32,000 bases of DNA from contig NC_009925.1 of NCBI RefSeq assembly GCF_000018105.1, forward strand, positions 3,450,001 through 3,482,000, in the 5' to 3' direction. Both the position numbers and the translations under genes were made by a program. The notes under the pieces were generated by a model. The model had not been told where the DNA came from and ran no database searches. It saw only the letters and a list, made by a program, of their open reading frames with translations. Each line of letters starts with the position of its first letter. The first letter of the stretch is position 1. Shown here piece by piece: positions 8,368-16,130 of the stretch. The DNA comes from Acaryochloris marina MBIC11017. Lineage in GTDB: Bacteria > Cyanobacteriota > Cyanobacteriia > Thermosynechococcales > Thermosynechococcaceae.

Positions 8368-9264
8368 CTATTCAGCTGCAGGCTCTTCTGCCTCAGCCGT
8401 AGGAGCAGCGTCTTCAGCAGGAGCTTCTTCAGGGGCTGCTTCAGCTGTAGGAGCTGCTTCAGCAACAGGCTCGGCTGCTGCAACTTCAGCGTCTGCTACT
8501 TCCGCGACGGGTTCCGGCGTCTCATCCTCAAAGTCAATGGCAGAGGGAATGTCGTCGCCTTCGAAGGTTTCAGCACTGACTTGTCCATGCCGTCCTTCAT
8601 AAATGGCGTCAGCGAGCTTGCCGATGATCAGTTTGATGGAGCGAATCGCATCATCATTGGCAGGAATGGGAATATCAACCCAATCCGGGTCGCAGTTGGT
8701 GTCTAACAAGGACACGATGGGTAGTCCCAATTTCTGACACTCTTGCACCGCGTTGTATTCCCGGCGGATATCAATAATCACGACCACATCGGGGATCTTA
8801 TGCATTTGCTTCAGACCACCGAGGTATTTCTGCAATTTATCCAGCTCCCGGCGCAACATTGACGCTTCTTGCTTGGGCAAGAGGTCAAAAATACCGCTCT
8901 CGTAGCGTCTTTCTAAATCTTTGAGACGCTCAATTCTGGTTTTAATGGTGGTCCAGTTGGTGAGCATGCCTCCCAACCAGCGCTGGTTGACATAGTAGCC
9001 ACCGCATCGAGCGGCTTCTTGAGCAATAATGCCAGCGGCTTGTCGCTTCGTGCCTACGAATAAGAATTTCTTGCCAGATTCTGAGGCAGACCGGACGTAG
9101 TGGTAAGCTTCATCCATCAACTGGGCGGTTTGCACCAAATCAATGATGTGAACCCCGTTACGCTCTGTAAAGATATAAGGGTCCATTTTGGGGTTCCAAC
9201 GGCGAGCTTGGTGGCCGAAGTGAACTCCTGACTCAAGCATTTGAGCCAAACTAATAACGGGCAT
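8368..9264 (-). CDS. rpsB: 30S ribosomal protein S2
   Basis: [27 protein letters not shown]... is the classic S2 N-terminus. SD AGGAG lies 6 nt upstream of the ATG. There is a roughly 68-aa acidic Ala/Glu/Pro C-terminal extension. Confidence 0.95.
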   Translation of the reverse strand: MPVISLAQMLESGVHFGHQARRWNPKMDPYIFTERNGVHIIDLVQTAQLMDEAYHYVRSASESGKKFLFVGTKRQAAGIIAQEAARCGGYYVNQRWLGGMLTNWTTIKTRIERLKDLERRYESGIFDLLPKQEASMLRRELDKLQKYLGGLKQMHKIPDVVVIIDIRREYNAVQECQKLGLPIVSLLDTNCDPDWVDIPIPANDDAIRSIKLIIGKLADAIYEGRHGQVSAETFEGDDIPSAIDFEDETPEPVAEVADAEVAAAEPVAEAAPTAEAAPEEAPAEDAAPTAEAEEPAAE

Positions 9265-9270
9265 ATTTTT

Positions 9271-9350
9271 CTCCTATTCGGGTTTCAACCTCCATCTGAG
9301 TGCATTTCTTATGACCAATAATTGGTGAGAAACACCCGAATTCTCAGATG
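9271..9350 (-). promoter_or_regulatory. Structured rpsB 5-prime leader: SD plus two interleaved 8-bp helices (pseudoknot-capable)
   Basis: In the mRNA sense the order is CAUCUGAG (9350-9343), AUUCGGGU (9341-9334), a small internal hairpin, CUCAGAUG (9300-9293), ACCCGAAU (9283-9276), then AGGAG (9275-9271). The pairing order is a-b-a'-b'. Confidence 0.45.
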
Positions 9351-9635
9351 TGTGAAGTGTTAACAGCCTTTACAAAATAGCACAACTCCTGAGGTCCCAC
9401 ATGGCTTTTTGGCGGGACTTTGTTTAATGCATCAGCGACCCCTGCTTTTTGCCTTCTTCAGGGGGTTGGTACCCGTGCGCGAGCCCAGAAATTTATCGGT
9501 TTAGGTTGACTAGAATGACAGGGTTGGGATAAAGCAAGATCGCTACTTCCCTTTTTTTGGGTTTAATAGTTTTTATATACCTGTAGCGATAGTTGCCATC
9601 GCAAAATTTCCAATACCTTAGGTAAACCTAAACTT

Positions 9636-10427
9636 GTGGACCATAGTGCGGCCCAACTGCAGCGGTTAGCAATAGCCCCTGAGCAACTCCAAGATCATCA
9701 GATTCATTTGACGAGTGATCAACAACATTATCTTTGTGATGTGTTGCGGCTGGGGCATGGCGATCGCTTTATTGCCATGAATGGGCAGGGACAACTCTGG
9801 GTAGCGGAGTTGCAACCTGATGCTAGGTTCGCCAGGCGGTTGAAAGCTTTAGGTGAGCAGACTGAGCTGGCGATGCCGATGATGTTACTGGCTGCCCCTC
9901 CGAAAGGGAATCATTTTGACCAAGTGGTTCGGAGTGTAACGGAATTAGGGGTCAGTTATATTGTGCCGCTCATTAGCCAGCGAACGCTGCTGAAACCGAG
10001 TTCTAATCGTATTCAACGATGGCAGCGGATTGCCACAGAAGCAGCTGAGCAGTCCCACCGGCAGATTATTCCTAAAGTGTTGGATCCGGCCTCCTTTGAA
10101 AAAACAGTGATGCAGGATGATCAGGGCGACTGGCAACGATATATTTGTACTGTAGAGCCGTCAGCACCGAATTTCTTGCACTGTCTCAGCCAAGCTTTAG
10201 ATCAAGAGAGCCAATCAGGTGTTGCTGTTATGGTAGGACCCGAGGGTGGATGGACCGAGACTGAGACCCAGCAGGCCCAAACAGCCGGATACCAAGCAGT
10301 ATCTCTAGGCCAAAGAACCTTAAGAGCGGTCACCGCAAATTACATGGCAGTATCTATTGCGATCGCACAAATAGAACTACACACTGCGTACCCAGGGGGA
10401 AAAGTATGCACCAAGAAATCGCCATAG
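9636..10427 (+). CDS. rsmE: 16S rRNA (uracil1498-N3)-methyltransferase
   Basis: RsmE-like N-terminus (LQRLAIAPEQL...HLTSDQQHYLCDVLRLGHGDRF), SPOUT knot motifs (VMVGPEGGW, LGQRTLRAVTA). GTG start. Confidence 0.85.
   Translation: MDHSAAQLQRLAIAPEQLQDHQIHLTSDQQHYLCDVLRLGHGDRFIAMNGQGQLWVAELQPDARFARRLKALGEQTELAMPMMLLAAPPKGNHFDQVVRSVTELGVSYIVPLISQRTLLKPSSNRIQRWQRIATEAAEQSHRQIIPKVLDPASFEKTVMQDDQGDWQRYICTVEPSAPNFLHCLSQALDQESQSGVAVMVGPEGGWTETETQQAQTAGYQAVSLGQRTLRAVTANYMAVSIAIAQIELHTAYPGGKVCTKKSP
9760..9767. repeat. HIP1 octamer GCGATCGC
   Basis: Exact GCGATCGC inside rsmE. Confidence 0.9.
10359..10366. repeat. HIP1 octamer GCGATCGC
   Basis: Exact GCGATCGC inside rsmE. Confidence 0.9.
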
Positions 10428-11470
10428 CATTGGATCGTCAAGACTATCAGATGGCGTCTCAATTGATTCAAGCCATCCCCATGAGCGATCCATGGGGCAA
10501 GCTCTATTTGGGGAAATTGCAAGCGGCTCAATCTGACCATGAACAGGCTGAGCAGACCTTCCGTGCTTTACTCCAAGAAGATTACGGTCCCAAAATTGCC
10601 CAAGCGGCTCGCGAAGGTCTCAAACAACTTCAAGATCATGCTCAGGCGGTACGACAAGCCAAACTGAGTCAAGCGACTGCGAATCCCGAGCAGACGCAAA
10701 TAGGGGCACTGATTTTAGAACCCTTACCGACAGATGCCAAAACCGAGGCAGCCCTTAAATTTGCCAAAATCATGCAGGTTGAACCCTATACAGCCCGTAT
10801 GTTAATCCCCAGCCGCGGGTGGCGCCTCTATCGGATTGGCCCGATTGGAGAGCTAGAGATGTATGGCCAAGACTTGCAAGCAGCAGGAATTCCTAACTTT
10901 GCGGTCACCATGACCCAGGTTCAAACGCTTAAGGTTCATCAGGTCTGCTATATTCAATCCTCACAGCCCTCACCGGAAGTCTTGGTGTCTGATCATCACT
11001 CGCAACAAACAAATTCATTCCGATTCCAGTGGTCTGATGTAACTCAACGGGTTGAAGGTCTAGTTCCTATTTTTGAAAAGGTTGTAGATCGCGATCCGCG
11101 TGGTAAGCTGCAGCGCAAAGAAAAGACGCAGGATCATGCTCAATTCTGCGATCTGCACTTGCCCCAAAAAGGCTGTATTTTGCGATTCTATGATGCAGCC
11201 TATCAATTCAACCAAGGCATCAAGCTCACGGAAGTGGATCAGGAAACCTCTTGGGCGAATTGGCGTGGCTTAACCACCTTGCTGACCCAAAACTTGCCCC
11301 ATGCAACTACGTGGGCAGATTTTACCTCTTTTGCCGATACTGCGGTTGAGCAGCTTGAGCTATTGGGTGCATTTGAGTCTTATATCAATTTGTTACGGCG
11401 AGAAGATAGCCAATGGGATCAGGCCTTCCACTTGTACAGCAGTTTAGCCATGCTTAAACAACAGGTCTAA
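10406..11470 (+). CDS. Hypothetical protein (354 aa) with a TPR-like helical N-terminus
   Basis: The ATG is preceded by a G-rich SD (cagggggaaaagt ATG) and overlaps the rsmE 3-prime end by 22 nt. I recognise no catalytic motif. Confidence 0.7.
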   Translation: MHQEIAIALDRQDYQMASQLIQAIPMSDPWGKLYLGKLQAAQSDHEQAEQTFRALLQEDYGPKIAQAAREGLKQLQDHAQAVRQAKLSQATANPEQTQIGALILEPLPTDAKTEAALKFAKIMQVEPYTARMLIPSRGWRLYRIGPIGELEMYGQDLQAAGIPNFAVTMTQVQTLKVHQVCYIQSSQPSPEVLVSDHHSQQTNSFRFQWSDVTQRVEGLVPIFEKVVDRDPRGKLQRKEKTQDHAQFCDLHLPQKGCILRFYDAAYQFNQGIKLTEVDQETSWANWRGLTTLLTQNLPHATTWADFTSFADTAVEQLELLGAFESYINLLRREDSQWDQAFHLYSSLAMLKQQV

Positions 11471-11511
11471 AGGAATAAGCTTAGCGTCTTGGGCAATCTA
11501 GGTAATCTGGT

Positions 11512-12123
11512 ATGGACAAACATGACCTGCAAGACATAGAAGTTCTACCATGGCCGGAGCCAATTCGACGTCGGTCACATCTGTATGTTGGTGATCTGTT
11601 GGATCCTGAGGTGTCAACTATGTTTCTGCTCCAATCGCTTTGCCATGCTATCGATGAAGCGATTGATGGACATTGCAGCACCGTAAAAATTTTAGTTAAA
11701 GATTTTGGTGCTGTGATTGAATATGATGCTGGTCTTCCCTTGCATCCTGTCCGAAATGGACAGGTTCCTGCTGTAGTTATATTGATGAGTGGACCGAGAG
11801 GATGCAGCAATATGAAGAAGCATATTGAAGTCGGTTCTGAATATTGTGAATTGGGGATAGCCTTACTCAATGCTTTGTGCTGCAACTTCTCCGTGGTGAC
11901 CTATGCAAATGGGCAGCAAGCTACGTTGAGTTTTAAGGCAGGGAAACTCCAGCATCCGGTGAACTTACAGAAATCTGAACATGCTGACTTCACCCGCATG
12001 GCCTTCCAGCTAGATGACACAATCTTGCCAAGATTTACTTTTAATGAAGCGACTATCCACCAGCACGCCCAAGAAATTGGCATCAAATATGGCATTAGCG
12101 TTGACGTTTCTAAGAAAAGTTAA
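11512..12123 (+). CDS. Stand-alone GyrB/ParE N-terminal GHKL ATPase-domain homolog with degenerate catalytic motifs
   Basis: Gapless colinearity with the E. coli GyrB N-terminus as I recall it. [21 protein letters not shown] aligns with [32 protein letters not shown] aligns with NAIDEALAGHC. A further 16 residues lead to an Asp equivalent to Asp73, and LLNAL aligns with VVNAL. The ORF ends near the boundary of the ATP-binding subdomain. Confidence 0.7.
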   Translation: [203 protein letters not shown]

Positions 12124-12185
12124 GGTTTAACCTGGCCAAAATTGCTCCAAACCGTTTTACGTGACCTAACATCGTAATCGCGGGT

Positions 12186-12704
12186 CTACACAGTGCAAGT
12201 AATGCTCCCTTGGTGGCATTTAGGACAAATGCAATTGCTGGCAAAGTTTAACTTTATCGTGCCCATGTGGTTGCAAATTGGACAATAGATCTGAGTGAGA
12301 TCTAGCTGTATCATCCCTTCTTCTTCCATCACAGAGATCGCGGTTCCAGAGATTACTTCAGAAAGCATCAAATTCCAAATTTCAGCATTTTTCACTTGAA
12401 TTAGAGCTAGCTTGAGCTTTTTCTTGAATGGTTTTTTTGCGCGTTTAATGCGGCGTTGCCAAGCCTTTTGTTTTGCTTTGTCAAAAACTGGATGTTTAGA
12501 GGGCAAAGATTGAGAATGCAAAAAACATAGCTTTCCTAATTTTGGATAGTTTAAATCCTCACTGTATATCGGCAATAGAGAGAAACAGCCGATACAGACC
12601 GATCTCGTCTCAATAACCCGATGGGTTGAGAGACCGACCACTCCATGACCCCCTAGAAATTGAAAATCGCACTGGTTGCATTTATAGGCCACATGCAAGC
12701 TCAT
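12186..12704 (-). CDS. Hypothetical double zinc-ribbon protein with a central Lys/Arg-rich segment
   Basis: N-terminal CxxC pair (YKCNQC...CIGC) and C-terminal CxxC pair (CPICNHMG...CPKCHQG) flank KAKQKAWQRRIKRAKKPFKKKLKL. My hand count gives about 42 percent GC over 12181-12720, lower than neighbouring genes. Confidence 0.55.
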   Translation of the reverse strand: MSLHVAYKCNQCDFQFLGGHGVVGLSTHRVIETRSVCIGCFSLLPIYSEDLNYPKLGKLCFLHSQSLPSKHPVFDKAKQKAWQRRIKRAKKPFKKKLKLALIQVKNAEIWNLMLSEVISGTAISVMEEEGMIQLDLTQIYCPICNHMGTIKLNFASNCICPKCHQGSITCTV

Positions 12705-12905
12705 AGTGCCGTAGGTTCAACGATGAATGAATAGAGATTAACGCTCTCTCCGTTGCTTATCCATTCTGGTAGCTTATTCGCGCGCCCTTGTGAGTTTCTC
12801 TAGCAAGTTGATCTAGGATAAATAGGTGACTTGAAGGATGGATCCTTAGCGAAATATAGAGTTTAGTGGTCTCAGGTTCACACTTCCCCCTCTTGAGTTG
12901 AGTGA

Positions 12906-13412
12906 ATGATGAACGCTCCCGTTTCTAATTGCCCTGTGCCCCTTGAGCAACAGCCTCTGAATGAGTACCAAAGTCTGCAAGAATCCTGTTTTTTTCGATG
13001 GGCCACTTTAGAAGACGCAGCATATCTCAATAGAGGTTTTCAGTTAGGTAGTATTGCCAGTGTGATTGCTGCTCCCTTTGCTGCCAGTAGCTTTTCCTTA
13101 GCTGAATCCCTGGGCCAATTTGTTTTGACGCTCTCGGTTGTTGCCACAGGCTTGCTGGTATTGCTGGTTTTGCGGCTGTATCTGGGATGGTCTTACGTTT
13201 GCGATCGCCTATTGCGCGAAAAAATCTTTTATGAAGAAACCGGTTGGTATGACGGTCAATATTGGACCAAGCCTACCGATGTGCTGGATCGAGAACGGTT
13301 AATTGGGACCTATGAAGTTCAGCCGATTCTAGAGCGTTTGCGGCGAAGCCTTTTCGGTCTAGGCCTGACTTTGGTAGGAGAATTTAGCCTTTGGTGGTTG
13401 ATCACTGCTTAA
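12906..13412 (+). CDS. ycf36: Ycf36 / CGLD27 (DUF1230) family membrane protein
   Basis: CPVPLEQQPLNEYQSLQESCFFRWATL followed by two hydrophobic segments matches my memory of the DUF1230 family conserved in cyanobacteria and plastid lineages. Confidence 0.6.
   Translation: MMNAPVSNCPVPLEQQPLNEYQSLQESCFFRWATLEDAAYLNRGFQLGSIASVIAAPFAASSFSLAESLGQFVLTLSVVATGLLVLLVLRLYLGWSYVCDRLLREKIFYEETGWYDGQYWTKPTDVLDRERLIGTYEVQPILERLRRSLFGLGLTLVGEFSLWWLITA
13201..13208. repeat. HIP1 octamer GCGATCGC
   Basis: Exact GCGATCGC inside the ycf36-like CDS. Confidence 0.9.
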
Positions 13413-13473
13413 GCTTAACTCCCCAGTTAAAAATATATTTACCCAATCAGCATCTGATGCTAGAGTCTTACGC

Positions 13474-14427
13474 ATGACCATGGGAAAACGCAATCATAGC
13501 CCTGCACTTGAGATCCATCTACTGCGGGAAGGGATTATTGAATCCAAGCATCAAGCTGAAGCCGTTGTCTGTGATACCAAGGGCAGAATGCTCTCTATTG
13601 CTGGGCAAACAGATACCTCTTGCTTTATTCGCTCCGCCTTAAAACCGGTTCAGGCTCTAGCGGTGGTGACAAGCGGCGCCATGGAGCATTTTGATCTCAA
13701 CGACCGGGATCTCGCGGTGATGTGTGGGTCCCACCATCATACGGTCGAGCAAGTTCGGCAAGTCTTTAACATCCTTTGGCACTGCGATATCGATCCGACG
13801 GCCTTGCAATGCCCAACTCCCCAAGGTTTAGATAGTCCCCTAGAACATAATTGCTCGGGTAAACATGCAGGGATGTTGGCGGTTTGCCAACAATGTCAGT
13901 GGCCCTTAAATACCTATATGGAGGCCCGGCATCAGGTTCAGCAGTTGATTCTCAACCAGATGGCGGAATTGCTGAAAATGCCAGCGGCAGAATTTATGCG
14001 CACCCACGATGACTGCGGTGTACCGACCTACTATATGCAGTTAGAGCAAATCGCGACCCTCTATGCCCATCTCAGTGCGGGTAATAATTTAAATATTGAG
14101 CGGGTGATGCGGGCGATGATTCACCACCCCACGTTGGTGGCAGGGCAAGGCCAATTTGATACGGATTTAATGACCTTATCTGCTGGAGAATTAGTCAGTA
14201 AGTCGGGAGCCGAAGGCGTGCAATGTGTGGGTCGCATTGGTGAAGGCTTAGGCTTAGCGATTAAAGTTAAGGATGGTGCAAAGCGGGCGAAATATGCCGT
14301 CGCCATTCACTTGCTGCGAGAGTTAGGCTGGCTAGAACCCAGCCATGCCGATACCCTAGCCGATCGCTATTTATGCCTGAGCAACTATAAACGCCTAGAA
14401 GTGAATGGCGAGCTAGTGATGCTTTAG
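13474..14427 (+). CDS. Asparaginase family protein (L-asparaginase II-like)
   Basis: Blocks [58 protein letters not shown] and [11 protein letters not shown] resemble the L-asparaginase II family. Confidence 0.65.
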   Translation: MTMGKRNHSPALEIHLLREGIIESKHQAEAVVCDTKGRMLSIAGQTDTSCFIRSALKPVQALAVVTSGAMEHFDLNDRDLAVMCGSHHHTVEQVRQVFNILWHCDIDPTALQCPTPQGLDSPLEHNCSGKHAGMLAVCQQCQWPLNTYMEARHQVQQLILNQMAELLKMPAAEFMRTHDDCGVPTYYMQLEQIATLYAHLSAGNNLNIERVMRAMIHHPTLVAGQGQFDTDLMTLSAGELVSKSGAEGVQCVGRIGEGLGLAIKVKDGAKRAKYAVAIHLLRELGWLEPSHADTLADRYLCLSNYKRLEVNGELVML

Positions 14428-15875
14428 GCTAGATGGGTTTCAACCGCACGGACTAATTGGTCTGTCCAATGGTTGACCATTCTCATATCGCGGGCTTCTA
14501 CCATGACGCGAATGAGAGGTTCTGTGCCGGAAGCCCGCACTAGAATTCGACCTTGATCCCCCATATCGTCCGTAGCTTGATCAATCAGGGTTTGGAGGGG
14601 TTGGCACTCTTGCCAATTGCGTCTGCGATCGCGATCTTCGACGCGCACATTCTTGAGAAGTTGGGGATAAGTCTGAAAGCTGTCATCCACTAAACAGGAA
14701 AGGCGGGTCTTGTTTTGACAAATAATGGTTGCCAAATGCAATGCCGTTAACAACCCATCGCCACTGACACCATAGTGTGGACATAGGATATGGCCAGATT
14801 GCTCGCCCCCTAGCATGGAGCCGTGATTGAGCATCTCAGCATGAACATTTTGATCACCCACTGCTGCTCGTAAGAGGGTGCCGCCTTGCTGCTGCCAAGC
14901 CAATTCGAATCCTAAATTGGACATGACCGTGGCTACAATCAGGTCTTTGGGCAACTGATTTTGCTGCTGTAAAGCTTTGCCCCACAGATAGAGAATATAG
15001 TCGCCATCCACGGTGCGGCCTTGACAGTCAATCGCGAGCACGCGATCGGCGTCGCCATCAAAGGCAAAGCCGACATCAGCCTCATGTAAGTTAACGGCTG
15101 CTTTCAAGGGGGCTAAATGTGTAGAGCCGCAATTGACGTTAATACGATCACCATCCGGCTGATCGTGTAAACAAATGACCTCAGCCCCCATGGCTTTAAA
15201 GACAGCAGGCGCTAACTGAGTGGCTGCGCCCCAAGCGAGATCCAGAACGACTTTCAACCCTTGGAAATCGACTTGAGCGTGTAAAGGGGTTTGAATTGCA
15301 TCAGTATAAGATTTTGTCAGTTCAGGCCGATGGAAATGATGTCCCCAAGTGCCTGAGGGCTGTTGTTGGCTATAGGCTCGAATCCGTTGTTCAATTTTCC
15401 CTTGAGTGGTGGGAGGGAGCTTAGTACCGTTGGCTTGAAAAAATTTAATGCCATTATCTGCCGGCGGGTTATGACTGGCAGAGACCATCACGCCACCTAC
15501 TGCTTCGGTGTGATGGGTTAAGTAGGCAACGGTGGGGGTTGGACATAATCCGATATGCCAAACATCTAGCCCAGCGGCGGTCAGACCTGCCGATAGCGCC
15601 ATCGCTAACATATCACTAGAGTTGCGAGAGTCTTGGCCTAAGATAAAGGGCTGATGAGGAGATGCATCTTGTCCCAACTCAAGTCCTGCACAAAAGCCCA
15701 CTTGGAGCGCTAATTGAGGGGTGAGATGTTGACCGACATGGCCTCGAATTCCATCCGTTCCGAATAAGTTCACATCTTTTGCGGCTGCCACGACTTTGCG
15801 CGCTAGTTTGGCAGGTTGAACGGTGCGATCGCTTTTGGTAACACTTTTCTGCTTAGATTGAGAAGTAACAGACAT
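14424..15875 (-). CDS. glmM: Phosphoglucosamine mutase
   Basis: [12 protein letters not shown], phosphoserine loop [15 protein letters not shown], Mg site FDGDADR and GEQSGH. ATG at 15875 chosen (MSVTSQ...), although the ORF extends to 15914. Confidence 0.9.
   Translation of the reverse strand: MSVTSQSKQKSVTKSDRTVQPAKLARKVVAAAKDVNLFGTDGIRGHVGQHLTPQLALQVGFCAGLELGQDASPHQPFILGQDSRNSSDMLAMALSAGLTAAGLDVWHIGLCPTPTVAYLTHHTEAVGGVMVSASHNPPADNGIKFFQANGTKLPPTTQGKIEQRIRAYSQQQPSGTWGHHFHRPELTKSYTDAIQTPLHAQVDFQGLKVVLDLAWGAATQLAPAVFKAMGAEVICLHDQPDGDRINVNCGSTHLAPLKAAVNLHEADVGFAFDGDADRVLAIDCQGRTVDGDYILYLWGKALQQQNQLPKDLIVATVMSNLGFELAWQQQGGTLLRAAVGDQNVHAEMLNHGSMLGGEQSGHILCPHYGVSGDGLLTALHLATIICQNKTRLSCLVDDSFQTYPQLLKNVRVEDRDRRRNWQECQPLQTLIDQATDDMGDQGRILVRASGTEPLIRVMVEARDMRMVNHWTDQLVRAVETHLA
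14625..14632. repeat. HIP1 octamer GCGATCGC
   Basis: Exact GCGATCGC (context gcgatcgcgatc) inside glmM. Confidence 0.9.
15825..15832. repeat. HIP1 octamer GCGATCGC
   Basis: Exact GCGATCGC inside the glmM 5-prime region. Confidence 0.9.
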
Positions 15876-16130
15876 TGGACAATACACTCCACACCATGGC
15901 TGTACGATCCCCAAAGACGGAATACCTTATCTACGGGTGAGTAGATATACACAATGGATCCCTGCTTGGGTGTTCGTAAGCTTAACACTTAGGATAGAAA
16001 ATAGCATGTTCACGGAAAGAGCTGCTGTACGCTTCTGGGATGTAATGGGCTAGAATATCGCGGTAGCCTTAGCTAGAGCTTTTTTCGAAGATTAGGCGCT
16101 TCCTACCGATGTCATGCGGATTATGCGAGT

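Noticed and set aside
8353-8706. 117-aa plus-strand ORF antisense to the rpsB 3-prime end
   Set aside because: Cys/Ser/Arg-rich junk mirrored from the GC-rich Ala/Glu/Pro tail codons of S2. S2 homology on the minus strand explains the region.
11481-11885. 134-aa minus-strand ORF opposite the GyrB-like gene
   Set aside because: It has no recognisable motifs, whereas the plus-strand frame shows gapless GyrB N-terminal similarity.
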